Notes: a model not told the origin generated them from the sequence alone. A DNA stretch of 64,000 nucleotides from Eledone cirrhosa (GCA_964016885.1 OZ024765.1:16306001-16370000); one strand, 5' to 3'. Positions 1 to 14,095 are shown, numbered from the stretch's first letter. Program-made: numbers and translations.

Positions 1-170
1 ATATTGATTTAGTGTTTGTGTTAGTGAGCATGCGTGGGATTGAGTTAGTGTTTGTGTTAGTGAGCATGCGCGGGATTGAGCTAGTGTGTGTGTTAGCGAG
101 CCTGCGTGGGATAGAGTTGGTGTGTGTGTGTGTGTGTTAGTGCGCATGCGTGAGATTGAGCAAGCGAGTG
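1..170. repeat. ~35-bp degenerate minisatellite (gtgtttgtgttagtgagcatgcgtgggattgagtta)
   Basis: 4-5 diverging tandem copies, followed by GA-rich low-complexity DNA to about 490. Confidence 0.8.
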
Positions 171-1004
171 AGAGCGAGCCCAACGAAATGAGAGCATGAT
201 CGTGTGTGGGCATGAGAGATAGAAAGATACAGTGAAAGAGAGAGATAGAGAGGTAAGGAGAGGAATAGAGAAGAGGAAGCTATAAATGAGAGGGGGAGAT
301 AGAGAGGTAGTGTGATACAGAGAGGAAGAGAGACGTGGGAGCTTTAGAAGAGAGAGTGTGAGAGACACATAGAGACTGTGGTATGTCTGTGTGTGAGAGA
401 GAAAGAGGGTGGTAGAGAGAGCGAGAAGAGAGAGAGAGAAAAGAGAGTGCTAGAGAGCAGTAGAGAGAGAGAGAGAGATAGAGAGGGAGTGACAAGTCGA
501 ACAGTCGATGAAGTCAGCAAGGCAAGTGAGCAGGAGAGCGTGCAAGCCAATGAAATCAGAAACGCTGAAATAAAACAACACAACCACCAAAAATATACCA
601 AAAATACACCAAAAATGTACCAAAAGTGTACCAAAAACACACCAAAAATATACCAAAAATATAGTAAAAATATATGAAAAACAAACCAAAAATATAGCAA
701 AATTATATCAAATATATATCAAAAATATATCAGAAAATAGCAGAAAATGGCGGAAAAATCCAAACAAAATATTAAAATAGAAGCAAGACAGAATAAGCCA
801 ATAGATTCCGTCAGTCAGTTTTGTAATTAATTTAACAAGATTACGGGAAAATAAAATGTCAATTTTATAAATGCTAAACATATATTGTAGAAACATTTGT
901 TTATTTTGGGTTAGCAAGATGGCGGAACAAAACAAATATCAAAAATATTCTGTTCGCTTCTAATGGAATTTTCGGAAAACTTGATTTTCTACTTAAAGCT
1001 ACAA

Positions 1005-2335
1005 CACTCAACCACCCAACCATCCATCTATCTAACCATCCAACCGAGCAGTCAACCATCCAACCACCCAACCATCTAACCATCCATCTATCTAACCATC
1101 CAACCAAGCAGCCAACCATCCAAACATCTAACCATCCATCTATCTAACCATCCAACCAAGCAGCTAACCACCCAAGCATCCATCCATCTAACCATCCATC
1201 TATCTAACTATCCAACCAAGCAGCCAACCATCCATCCATCTAACCATCCATCTATCTAACCATCCAACCAAGCAGCCAACCATCCATCCATCTAACCATC
1301 CATCTATCTAACCATCCAACCAAGCAGCTAACCACCCAAGCATCCATCCATCTAACCATCCATCTATCTAACCATCCAACCAAGCAGCCAACCACCCAAC
1401 CATCCATCCATCTAACCATCCATCTATCTAACCATCCAACCAAGCAGCCAACCATCCATCCATCTAACCATCCATCTATCTAACCATCCAACCAAGCAGC
1501 CAACCACCCAACCATCCATCTAACCATCCATCTATCTAACCATCCAACCAAGCAGCCAACCACCCAACCATCCATCTAACCATCCATCTATCTAACCATC
1601 CAACCAAGCAGCCAACCACCCAACCATCCATCCATCTAACCATCCATCTATCTAACCAGCCAACCATCCAACCACCCAACCATCCATCCATCTAACCATC
1701 AATCTATCTAACCATCCAACCATCCAACCACCCAACCATCCAAGCAGCCAAACGACCACCCAACCATCCGTGTAACCATCCAACCATCTATCCAAGCAAA
1801 CATCCAGCCATCCATCTAACCATCCTACCAACCTACAAGCCTACGACCACCGTCCACCGTCCGCCAAGCACCAACCGTCCAACCATCCATATAACTACAC
1901 AACCAACCAACCAACCATCCATCGAACCATCCAACCAGCAAATCAACCAGCCATCCATCTAACCATCCATTCAACCATCCATCCATCCAACCACCCAACC
2001 GTGCATCCATCCAACTAACCATCCATCCATCTAACCGTCCAACCATTCAACCAATTTACCAACCCCAAACACCCAACCATTCCACTAACCATCCAATTAA
2101 CCACACAACCATCCAACCATATATCTAACCATCCAGCCATCCTACCAACCATCCACCTAACCATCCTACGAACCATCCAGCCAAACAACCAACCTTCCAT
2201 CCATCCAACCATCCATCTAATCATCCAAACAACAAACCACCCAACCATCTAACAAGCTTACCCCACCCCCCGCCACCAACCTACCAACCAACAATTCTAC
2301 CAACCAACCATCTATCCAACCAGCCAACTATCAAG
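1005..2335. repeat. CCAT/CCAA-based compound minisatellite
   Basis: Recurrent ccatccatctatctaaccatccaaccaagcag units. Confidence 0.9.
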
Positions 2336-2369
2336 TCTACGCTACACTCCGCCGCACGAGTGATCGACC

Positions 2370-2795
2370 AAGAGCCGAGCGGTGATGAGCCGAATCGAGC
2401 TGTACCGAGCTGTGCTGATCTGAGCCGAACTGTGCCGAGCCGAACCGAACTGATCCGAACTGTGCCTAGACGAGCCGAACCGAGCTGTGGCGAGCTGAAC
2501 CGAATTGTGCCGAGCCGAACCGAGCTGTGCCAAGCTGTGTCGAACTGAGCCGAGCCGAACCGAGCTGTGGCGAGCTGAACCGAATTGTGCCGAGCCGAAC
2601 CGAGCTGTGCCGAGATGTGCCAAGCTGTGTCGAACTGAGCCGAGCCGAACCGAGCTGTGGCGAGCTGAACCGAATTGTGCCGAGTTGTGCCAAGCTGTGT
2701 CGAACTGAGCCGAGCCGAACCGAGATGTACCGAGCTGTGTCGAACTGTGCCGACCTGTGCCTAGCCGAACCTAGCTGAAATGTCGTACCGAGTTC
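2370..2795. repeat. GC-rich pentamer-derived minisatellite (ccgagccgaac/ctgtg)
   Basis: Tandem gccgagccgaaccgagctgtg units; the overlapping ORFs are repeat translations. Confidence 0.9.
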
Positions 2796-2917
2796 AGCCT
2801 CTTATGTCACCCTACTCCCACCCATATCTTCTACTACCACTTCCAACTAACGACAGACAGACAGACTGACTGACAAGCACCCGGAAATAGGAAATAATCG
2901 ACATACGTAATAGATTC

Positions 2918-2955
<38 letters not shown>

Positions 2956-3100
2956 GTATATATATATATGTATATGTGTGTGTGTGTGGGTTCGTCTATG
3001 TGTATGTTTATATACAAATATATTCATATATATTAAATTTATATTAAATTTATATATACACATATATTTATTTATATACGATATATATAGATATATATAT

Positions 3101-3133
<33 letters not shown>

Positions 3134-3251
3134 ATTTCATATATATATATATTTTCATATATATACATATATATATTTAACCGTTACCCTTTTTACGGAA
3201 ATTCATAACACTATATATATGTACCTCTCTCTCTCTCTCCCTCTCTGTCTC

Positions 3252-3788
<537 letters not shown>

Positions 3789-4031
3789 TATATATATATA
3801 TATATATATATGTATATGTATGTGAAAGAAAGCAATGCATGTAAATGAAAAATCGATACCAAGAAAGTATGTTTAATATTACATGCAGCGATTGTTGCTT
3901 CATTTAATGTGAATGGTCGACAATGTTATTTTACCGATATTTCCTCTCTGCTTCCATTATCAGCGCACACAGACCCATACACACATATACAAACATATAC
4001 ACACAGACAGACAAACACACACACAGATATA

Positions 4032-4089
<58 letters not shown>

Positions 4090-4134
4090 AACATATATAT
4101 ATAAACATACATATAATACATATATATATAAAAG

Positions 4135-4620
4135 AAAATTTTCGCTCCACAAGGCTGAATACAATAAATGTAATCTGAGTTTTTCGAATATTAATAATAA
4201 CATTCGATTCGTTTTCAATTATGCAAACAAGCCTCAATTGTATAGCCATGTCAGTAGAATAAACCCTTCATTCTTGTTCTTCTGTTGGCATGTGAACAGA
4301 ACTGCAGAGACTAATGTTTCTGGGTATTACCCTTCTTCAGTACAGCTCACTATTCAACTGCCAAACTGTCAGAGCTAGTGAAAATATATGCTATTTTCAA
4401 AATTACACAGTTACTGATCGGCCTGATTTGCATATTAACAGAATGGCTGATCAGTCAGATCTGCATATTAGCAGATTCGCGGATCAGGCAGATTTGCATA
4501 TCAGCAAACTGGCCAGTCAGTTTCCTGTATACGAGCGATAAATGGCCGGCTTTGCCAAATTCAAATAAAAAATAAAATGTTCGTTCTACATGGCTGAATA
4601 CAATAAATGTAATCTGAGTT
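4135..4620 (-). mobile_element. ~439-bp unit bounded by a ~47-bp direct repeat, containing an HHR-like motif
   Basis: ggctgaatacaataaatgtaatctgagtt at about 4153 and 4592; HHR-like motif at 4299-4348. Confidence 0.45.
4299..4348 (-). ncRNA. Hammerhead-like motif (imperfect)
   Basis: gagctgta-CTGAAGA-a-gggt-aat-accc-a-GAAAC-atta-GTC-tc-tgcagttc; 8-bp stem I with a 2-nt insertion. Confidence 0.4.
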
Positions 4621-4670
4621 CTAAGCGTAGGTAATCCCCAATATATTTATACATAAACAAATCCCTTGAA

Positions 4671-4861
4671 TAATTGTTTTTACTTTTGGCCCAAGGCCAG
4701 CAATTATCCCAATGCATTACTGGTACTTTATTTTATCGACCCCGTAAGGACGAAAGCCAAAGTTAACCTCGCCGGAATTTCAACTTAGATCATAAAGGGC
4801 CGTAACTCTATGCTGCAAAGCATGGCGTCCGACCCTCTACTGATACTGCCAATCGACCGCC
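4671..4861 (-). mobile_element. tRNA-derived SINE (octopus-type)
   Basis: A box tggcagtatc, degenerate B box, central ccttacggggtcgataaaataaagtaccag; ttgaataat present at both ends as a possible TSD. Confidence 0.85.
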
Positions 4862-5194
4862 TTTGAATAATGTAAGTTAAAATGGAGGTAACTATAAATG
4901 AAACGTAGCTTATGTAAAACATGGAGTTCAGAGGTTAAGTGGCAAATTCGGTGAAAATGAATTCAATTAATCCAGTCTAAACCACATTTTTCGATTAAAC
5001 TTTGCTTCATGAGGACAGTGACTGAAACATTGGACCGGGTAATTAAGCAGTATTTCCCTGAAGCCAGTTGTGAGAGTATATTCTACTTCTCCGAGTTACA
5101 AATCACACAAACTTTCGTCGTATTGACATGGGGATACACACGCGCCCACATACACACACCCACACACATATAATCTCACACACACACACACACG

Positions 5195-5268
<74 letters not shown>

Positions 5269-5349
5269 GCTTTATGCATATACATCTATGCGCGCAAATA
5301 TATAAATATATGCGTACATATATTTATATATATGAATTAGTAATAGTAA

Positions 5350-5397
<48 letters not shown>

Positions 5398-5515
5398 ATT
5401 ATTATATATATATATATATATATGTGAGTGTCTGCATATATGTGTACATATAAATGTGTGCGTGTGTGTGTTTCAATGCATATAAATATATATACCTATA
5501 AAAATACAAATGTTC

Positions 5516-5573
<58 letters not shown>

Positions 5574-6122
5574 GTATATATATGTATATATGCATCTCAG
5601 TACGTATGTATTTATGTATGTACGCATGTATATATTGCCCTGGCAGTAAGAGATCGTCGTTTTCTTCCCGAACAGGATGTCATTTATAATGTATGGAAGT
5701 CTCAACTGCTAAACGACTAGAAACCAGTACAGGAAGTCTTCTCAGAGAATGGCAAACGAACCATGCTTTAAGGGAAACATAGCAATCCATATGTACAGAA
5801 AGATTAGGTCAAATCTAGTCATTATTCTTTTCTTCACGGATGAGAAGTACAGAAACTCCGTTGCTTCCTTAATTGAATTATTAATCCCAATAGATAATAA
5901 TGTATTTCTAACAAGCGAAAAGGAAAATATATTAGATTATAATGTATAATACAGATCTCGAAAGGGAGATAACCGGAATCCCGGAAAAGAAAATGCAAAG
6001 AACCAAAAAATGATGTTTTTAATTGGTACCTTGGGTATGATAAGAAAGAACGCTTAAATATATATTGCATTAAATATTTTCGTTGTAATAGAAAATAACA
6101 AACGATGCAAGACAATCTCTTT

Positions 6123-6318
6123 ATACAAGAGGGTTTCAAAAATTTCGTGGAAAAAGCGATTTAAGTTATGATGTTTATTTTTCAACATATGCCCCAGTAC
6201 TGTTCTGACCTGTTAGGGCCCCATTTATGGGTTAAATAAATGTCCTGGATATGACATTAAACTACATCCAGTGACAAGGCTCCAGTTCGGGAGTTCAGTA
6301 GCACCTTGATAGCACTTA

Positions 6319-6384
<66 letters not shown>

Positions 6385-6863
6385 TACTACTACTACTAAT
6401 ACTAATACTACTAATACACTCCTACAAATGTTGATACCAGCCTTTAAGTCCAACTATGTAGAACTGGGGACCATGTGATTTAAAAGCAGCTTTTTTAACA
6501 CGTTCAACTGGGGATCACCTTCAACCTCATCTGTTCCACTTCTAAAACAACTTATCCATTTGTAGGTTGTTGATTTCTTTGGGGGTATTGTCCCCATAAA
6601 CTTGCTCCAGAGTGTCAATGACTTGGCTCCTCTTTCCCCATAGCTTCACCATGCATTTAATATTTTGATGGAGGCCATGTTACTCGAGAGGGTGCTGACT
6701 TCCGACTGGCGGTGCCGTGTTACAACATGTATTTAAGGGTTCGTGTTAGAACACGTTATGACATGTCAGTACAACAACGTACAGGTGCATTGAGATCAAA
6801 ATCCCTGTATATAATTTTTAGCTATGAACTTTTCCCACGAACTTTTCGAAGCTCCTTTGTATA
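6123..6863. mobile_element. Degenerate Tc1/mariner-type element with nested insertion
   Basis: Imperfect TIRs tacaagagggtttcaaaaatttcgtggaaaa and ttttcccacgaacttttcgaagctcctttgta, with TA ends. Confidence 0.5.
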
Positions 6864-7283
6864 CTAAAGCAATTGTAGAGTTGTATTCATTAAAATAAAG
6901 GAAGCCAGGTATAAAAGTAGGTCTACCAACTATACTGATGACGATGATGATTGTGATGGCGGTGAGGGTTTTTTTTATTATGTGATTTGCTAGATACTTG
7001 ACGTGAAATCGTGTGTTGAAACAGTTATTGTTATAATTTGGGTGGGGCCTACTGACAATGTCCTGGGTATGACATTAAACTACATCCAGTGGCAAGGCTC
7101 CAGTCCAAGAGTTCAGGAATGTGGGGAATGTGGAGGTACCCCTTAGTTGTTATCACTCCCAGTACTGTTCTGACCTGTTAGGGCCCCATTTATGGGTTAA
7201 ATAAATGTCCTGGATATGACATTAAACTACATCCAGTGACAAGGCTCCAGTTCGGGAGTTCAGTAGCACCTTGATAGCACTTA

Positions 7284-7358
<75 letters not shown>

Positions 7359-7397
7359 TACTACTACTACTAATACTAATACTACTAATACTACTAA
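6193..7397 (+). repeat. Direct duplication (~225 bp, 6193-6417 and 7158-7397) of a retroposon tail ending in (CTA)n
   Basis: cccagtactgttctgacctg...gatagcacttacactactac is near-identical in both copies. Confidence 0.85.
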
Positions 7398-7399
7398 CA

Positions 7400-8063
7400 T
7401 GATGGCACTTACACTCGCCTACTGCGACGATATCAGAACATAAGCTGGTGACATCTGACTTTGGGAGAAAACTATGCCGGCCTCTCACGCATATCTGTCG
7501 TTGTATGTAAAAGGAGCGTAAGATTTAGTGGCCACTGCCCTCGTGCCACCTATGAGGCTGTGTCCCCGTCAGTGCTTCGGAAACCACAAGCAGTCACTAT
7601 TAACAGAGGGCACAAGCTCTCCTGACCCGAGATGCTGGCCACTGCCATCGTGCCACCTATGAGGCTGTGTCCCCGTCAGTGCTTCGGAAACCACAAGCAG
7701 TCACTATTAACAGAGGGCACAAGCTTTCCTGACCCGAGATGCTGGCTACTGCCATCGTGCCACCTATGAAGATGTGTCACCATTAGTGCTTTGGAAACCA
7801 CAACCAGTCACTATTAACAGAGGGCACAAGCTCTCCTGGCCCGAGATGCTGGCTACTGCCATGGTACCCCCTATGAAGATGTGTCACCATTAGTGCTTTG
7901 GAAACCACAACCAGTCACTAATAACAGGGGGCACAAGCTCTCCTATCCCAATGTCATCTCCAGAAATTCTGGTATTGAAATCCAGGCCGTGGCAACGTCA
8001 ATGAACGACAAACCCAGGTGGAGATCAATTATTGAATCGATTTCGCCTGAGGCCGCCGGATAA
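7400..8063 (+). pseudogene. RTE-clade LINE RT C-terminal relic with internal 107-bp tandem amplification
   Basis: Translates DGTYTRLLRRYQNISW*...VRFSGHC...VLWKPQ...YPNVISRNSG...MNDKPRWR; ~4 tandem units at 7531, 7638, 7745, 7852. Confidence 0.7.
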
Positions 8064-8065
8064 TG

Positions 8066-8096
<31 letters not shown>

Positions 8097-8156
8097 ATCT
8101 GCACATATTCCCACACACACATATAAATATCCATATATATATATATAAATATATAT

Positions 8157-8316
8157 AAAGATGAGTATTGACGTACGTCAATACTCATCTTTTTCCATTT
8201 ATCTAAGGGTTCTAAACCCCATTATCAGGCTAAAATTCCTTTAGTAAAAAATACGGTGAAAGCTATTCTATTTTCTAATTTCAAACCTGCTCACTGTTTC
8301 AAAACATACTTACTTG

Positions 8317-8318
<2 letters not shown>
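8157..8318. mobile_element. Family E fragment with terminal palindrome
   Basis: aagatgagtattgacgtacgtcaatactcatctt palindrome; homologous to 43780-44048. Confidence 0.6.
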
Positions 8319-8380
<62 letters not shown>

Positions 8381-8382
<2 letters not shown>

Positions 8383-9056
8383 CTACGGTTACGAGATGTG
8401 GTTTCTTATTCAGGTACAACCTCTGATTTTAGCTTAAGAAAATATCTATATGCGTGTGTAATTTATACACGCATATATTTATTTTTTTAATTTCAATTAG
8501 TTCTTAACACGTTGGATTGATAATGTTTTCGAAAAAACTGATTAACCCGCGTGTATATTATTTTTTTCCTCCTTTCGTGGATCGTAGTTTTCTCCCCTTC
8601 CCGCTTAGTGACGCTATAATACTTCCTCAGTCAAAAACTGCTGGAATTTCAAATTTGCCGGTCATTCGTTGCGGGAAGGATTAACTTAACAGAACGATTT
8701 TTAACTGCGGTAAGAACATTTTTTTTCTTATATCAAAGTTTAATGGGCTTCCACTGATGATTTATAAGGGCCCACCTAAATATATTCTTACATGAATGTA
8801 TATTAGGCTTCTACATAAACTGGAAATATTCTCCGAATTTGTAGAAAACTTATAATGAAACAATTGTTTGGAAAGAGAGATATATTTTAATTTTAATTAT
8901 ATCTAATAAAATAATACAACTGGCTTTTCCACATAATACATATTGTTAGCACCCCAAACACTTAAATTGGGTTTATATTAAAATATAACTTAATGTTTGT
9001 TGAGTGAGATGGTTACCAGTCAGAGATTAGCTTTAAACTATCTCTGTTATTGTATA
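8381..9056 (+). mobile_element. Family D ~675-bp HHR-bearing element in (TA)n
   Basis: Inverted homologue at 53842-54498; TA flanks on both sides. Confidence 0.75.
8749..8873 (+). ncRNA. Type I hammerhead candidate with ~95-nt branched stem II
   Basis: ttcca-CTGATGA-t-ttataag...cttataa-t-GAAA-caattgTT-tggaa; palindromic AACAATTGTT. Confidence 0.55.
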
Positions 9057-9059
9057 ATA

Positions 9060-9100
<41 letters not shown>

Positions 9101-9318
9101 ATATAATATCCGTAATCTCCAGCATAAAACTGGTGATAGGGAATATATATATATTAGGTATACGATTATCCTGGATGCAATAATGGTTAAACATAGCATA
9201 ACTAGGCTGTATAAGCACCGTGGAAACATTTGTAAGCACACAGAATAAATTACCTTTTTATGATGTCTACCTGTTATTATTCATTCTTTATATATCTATA
9301 TATATATATATATATATA

Positions 9319-9605
9319 CGATATTAATAAATGGAAACTATATTTATAAAACCATATTTATTTCATTATACATATTTCAGGGATACCAAATTAAAATATG
9401 GTATGCCTTCATCAGACAAAATACAATATATAAACAGTTATATAAATAATTTTGACGTACCCTATTAAATGCAACTTTTATTTTAGGAAGCTGTCTGGAT
9501 AGTCATTTATTAATATCGTATATCTACTCCAAAAACTTGTGTCGAGTGCTTTATATCAGTTATAAAATATTTACTTGTATCCCAACAATTTTAAATACAA
9601 CTTTT
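9319..9605. mobile_element. Family A fold-back element
   Basis: Homologous to 3416-3788, with inversion at about 9502. Confidence 0.75.
9359..9423 (-). ncRNA. Type I hammerhead ribozyme
   Basis: tattttgt-CTGATGA-aggcatacca...tggtatccct-GAAA-tatgtaTA-atgaaata. Confidence 0.7.
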
Positions 9606-10244
9606 GCATATATATATATATATATTTGTGTATGTTTACATAGATAGCCAGAGTCACACACACACATATATATGTGTGTGTGTGTCTCTGTGTGTGAGGC
9701 TGTGTGTATATTTATATATGCATGGGTATTACACCATAGCTGAAGTTCCAATAGGACAACAGCAGTGGAATTATTTAAGAAAGTCTCTAATCAAGAAATG
9801 AAATATTTTCTTCAACAAAGTGAACACAGCTATATTATTGAACAACATCAAACACGAATACAAAAGGGGAAAATAATTATTAACCCGAAACGTAACAGTT
9901 CCTCTTGCACCTGCAGTAGTGCAGCAAGATATGCAATGTGCTTTCGGAAGTCACAAGTGCATCTAACAGTTATTATGCAATTAGCCAGAAAGCGTGAAAA
10001 TAATAATGGCTTGTATTTTTGCATCACTATGTCTGTCTTGTCTATTGCTAAAATATTAACACACACACACACACACACGCACACGCACACGCACACGCAC
10101 AGACACAGACACACATATATATATATATAATCGTATGTATTTGACGGCTGAATATTTATTTTATGAAATCTTTTTACTCTGGAATGATAAAATGAATATA
10201 TGTATATATATATATACATATATCATACATACACACACACTTAT

Positions 10245-10298
<54 letters not shown>

Positions 10299-10383
10299 GT
10301 GTGTATAGATATAAACACATAAAAGTATATATAGGTAGCAAAGAGTCTTCCGCTTGTAAATGTATACTGTCACATATATATAT

Positions 10384-10415
<32 letters not shown>

Positions 10416-10651
10416 GTATATATATAGGTATACATGCATACTTATATATATAGAGAGAGAGAGATAGATAGATAGAGAGAGAATAAGCGGGGGGGGGGGG
10501 ATAAGTAGATAGATTGATATGTAAATACATATATCTGTGAGACTATCTGTATATATATATATACACAATCACACTCAAACACAGACACACATATATATAT
10601 GTGTATGTGTGTATATATATATATATACATACATACATATATACACAAACA

Positions 10652-10682
<31 letters not shown>

Positions 10683-11134
10683 TTATACATACATAAACAC
10701 ATACATACATACATATACACACACACACATATATATATATATGCATACATAAATACATACATCCATACACACACACGTATATACATACATACATACATAC
10801 ATACATACATACATACATACATACATACATACATACATACATACATACATACACACATATATGCACACACATATATATGTATATATACGCGTGAGACGTT
10901 CCATTTGCGTTAAATGCGTTGTATTCATTTAAAAATATATATTCTCTCTTAATTTTTAGTTTGGTGGTTTCCATTAATTTCCCCTGCTAATAAGATTTAT
11001 CACATGAAACGTGTAAAGGTCAACCATTTTGAGGAATAATTCACGGAAATTGCCTCGGTTTATAAAACAGGAATTTAATAATTTCTAATAACGATGACAA
11101 CGGTAATAATATTAATAATGATAATAATAAAAAA

Positions 11135-11760
11135 AAATGGTACTGATGGTGATGGTGATGGTGGTGGTGGTGATGGTGAGAAGGAGTATGAGGAGGGCGG
11201 TGATGGTGATGGTAATGAGGAGGAGGAGAAGGAGGAGGATGGTGGCGGTGATGATGATGGTGGCGAAGATGATTGTGGTGGTGGTGGTGACGGTGAATAC
11301 GGTGATGATGATGATGATGATGATGGTAATGATGGTGTTAACGATGATGAAGCTGGTAGTTTCTGGTGGTGATGATGATGGTGATGACAATGAGGAGCAG
11401 GAGAAGAAGGATGAGGTGGTGGTGAGGATGATGGTGGTGAAGATGATTGTGGTGGTGGTGGTGGTGAATACGGTGATGATGATGATGATGATGATGGTAA
11501 TGATGGTGTTAACGATGATGAAGCTGGTAGTTTCTGGTGGTGATGATGATGATGGTGATGACAATGAGGAGCAGGAGAAGAAGGATGAGGTGGTGGTGAG
11601 GATGATGGTGGTGAAGATGATTGTGGTGGTGGTGGTGATGGTGAATACAGTGATGATGATGATGATGATGATGGTAATGATGGTGTTAACGATGATGAAG
11701 GTGGTAGTTTCTGGTGATGATGATAATGATGATGATGACGATGACGATAGATGGGTGATA
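11135..11760. repeat. (GAT/GGT)n trinucleotide compound repeat with ~175-bp higher-order unit
   Basis: gatggtgttaacgatgatgaag recurs 3 times. Confidence 0.9.
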
Positions 11761-11989
11761 ATGATTTGCATGTTGATCTGTATTACACATCGTCATTATG
11801 ATGGTGATGATGCTGATTGATATTGGATTGGTAGACAGAGACCACGAGAAGACCAGAAAAAGGAAACAATATAAAGACCCTTGATTTGCTCTAATGGTTT
11901 TATCAGCCCTAATTTAATAGTTCCCTAACAGGAAGTGGCTAGACATTTAAATTAGTTAGGAGAATATGTTAGCACATCTCTGATGCCAC

Positions 11990-12655
11990 AGGATTTAATA
12001 GACAGTCTATAAAGGTTAGTTATAGCTGTATGGCAAATTGTGGTGATCCAAAGTAAAATGGTGTGAACCAAGCTTACCATTGGATTAAATAATAAGAAAA
12101 GAAACAGGATTATTAGACAGCAGGGATCAGTTGAGGACATAGTTTAGACAATCAGCAAGGGCAAACATAGATAAGGATGGACTGACGAGATATCTGGTCT
12201 CGGAGACAACAGGTGGACGATGGAAATGAAACTAGGAATTTAACACCACCACCTGAGAGACACATACATTGGCTCAACGTAAAATGGAACTAATCTTACT
12301 CAGCAGCAACTCATGTGCCAGGTTGAGCAATATATTAATATATCACAGATAAAACATGATTTAATAGAAAGTCTATAAAGGTTAGTTATAGCTGTATGAC
12401 AAATTGTGGTTTTCCATAGTAAAATGGTGTGAATGAAGCTTACCATTGCATTAAATGAAAAGAAAAGAAACAGGATTCGACAGCAGGGATCAGTTTAGGA
12501 CATAATCTAGGCAATCATGAAGGGCAAACATAGATGAGGATGGGCTGGCTAGGTCTTTTGTTTGAGGGACACCAGGTGCACGAGGAAAATGAAACGAGGG
12601 TATTCAACATCACCGCCTCACAGGTACATACAGCAGCTCAACATAAAATGGACCT
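11990..12655 (+). pseudogene. Two tandem diverged copies of a LINE (RTE-like) RT tail relic
   Basis: 11992-12295 resembles 12358-12655; degenerate IRQQGSVEDIV...GDNRWT motif. Confidence 0.5.
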
Positions 12656-12656
12656 A

Positions 12657-12689
<33 letters not shown>

Positions 12690-12746
12690 TCACACAAATC
12701 TAGAAATCTAAATAGTTAAATACAAGCGAAGAGTATTATTTAAACA

Positions 12747-12781
<35 letters not shown>

Positions 12782-12788
<7 letters not shown>

Positions 12789-13134
12789 ATACTTTGGGAG
12801 GGTCATGTTGCCAATAAGAAACACATGCACCAGATGATTTCACTCCAATTTATTATAAATTAAATTAATAAATTTCCGGTTGCTTGGTTGGTTGGTTCCA
12901 CAACCGGATGGTTGTTCATATATTGTCAAAGTTCTTTCGTCACACATTCTGTGACCTCTTCAGTGACTGGGGATTCTTCCCTTTGTTTTGTACCTCTCCT
13001 TTGTTCTGATCTACGCCATCTTGTTTTTGTGTGTGTTGTCTGCTTAGTTTGCGCATGTGTTACATCCAAAGTATAACAATATCGGTTTCAACACACGTTT
13101 TCAGATAAAGAATCTTGCTAAACAAATTCAGAAA

Positions 13135-13137
<3 letters not shown>
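12782..13137. mobile_element. Fold-back element in (TA)n with HHR-like motif
   Basis: Inverted attgttatactttgg / ccaaagtataacaat; related fragments at about 6980-7045, 20375-20430 and 45820-45865. Confidence 0.6.
12925..12967 (-). ncRNA. Type I hammerhead candidate
   Basis: gtca-CTGAAGA-g-gtcaca-gaatg-tgtgac-GAAA-gaacTT-tgac. Confidence 0.5.
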
Positions 13138-13190
<53 letters not shown>

Positions 13191-13387
13191 CATTATACAC
13201 GCATCTATGCAGTCATCCACTTCAAAACCAAACATAAGATTCTGTCTAAATTTGTCATCAATAGATATTTTCGATAGTTTTTCTTTTCTTAATGAAATCA
13301 TAATTCCCAGAAGTCTTTTTGAGACTTTTCTCTTTAACGTCCTGCCAGGGGAAAATATATTTACTAGGTCTTAACTAAATCAGAAGA

Positions 13388-14095
13388 TATGTGTCTGTGT
13401 GTGTGTCTTTGTGTGTGTCAGTGGGGGGAGGGTGCGTATGGTTCTATCTGTGTGCGTTTCTGTGAATGTGTGTGTTGGGGGGGTCTGTATGTGTGTGTTT
13501 GTGAATGTGTGTGTATGTGTCTCTGTGTGTGTTTGTGGTCGGGGGGATCTATGTGTATGTTTTTGTGTGTTTGTGTGTGTGTGGGGGGGGGGGTCTGTGT
13601 CTATGCGTGTGTGGGGAGGGAGAGCATTGTGTGTCTGTGTTTGGGTCTCTGTGTGTGTTGGTCTGTGTGTGTGTGTGCATGTATGTTGGGGACTGTGTGT
13701 GGGAGGAGGGGTCTCTGTGTATGTGTGTGTTTGTGTGTCTGTGTGTGTTGGTATGTGTGTGTGGGGGGTCTTTGTGTGAATGTGTGTGTGCGTGCCTATG
13801 CGTATGTGTGTGCCTATGTGGGAGTGCCTATGTGTATGTGCGTGAGGGTCTGCTTGTGTGTGTATGTGTGTTGGCTCCGTATGTGTGTGTGTATTTGTGT
13901 GTGAGAAGGTCTGTGTGTATGTATATGTCTGTGTGTGTGTGTGTGTGTGTGTCTGTGAATGTGTGTTGGGGGTGGGTCTGTGTGATGACTGTGTGTCTGT
14001 ACGTCTGTATGTCTGTGTGTCTGTATGTCTCTTTCTATGTACAAGTGTGTACGTGTATCTATAAGCGTGTCTCCGTGAGTGTGTGTGTTAGAGAG
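13388..14095. repeat. GT-rich low-complexity tract
   Basis: Degenerate (GT)n. Confidence 0.9.

Noticed and set aside
740-930. YY1-like AAnATGGCG motifs (also near 38066 and 38095) as promoter or start exon
   Set aside because: Short motifs only, with no supporting exon structure
11094-11820. Acidic or Met/Val-rich ORFs
   Set aside because: GAT/GGT trinucleotide repeat with no splice or homology support
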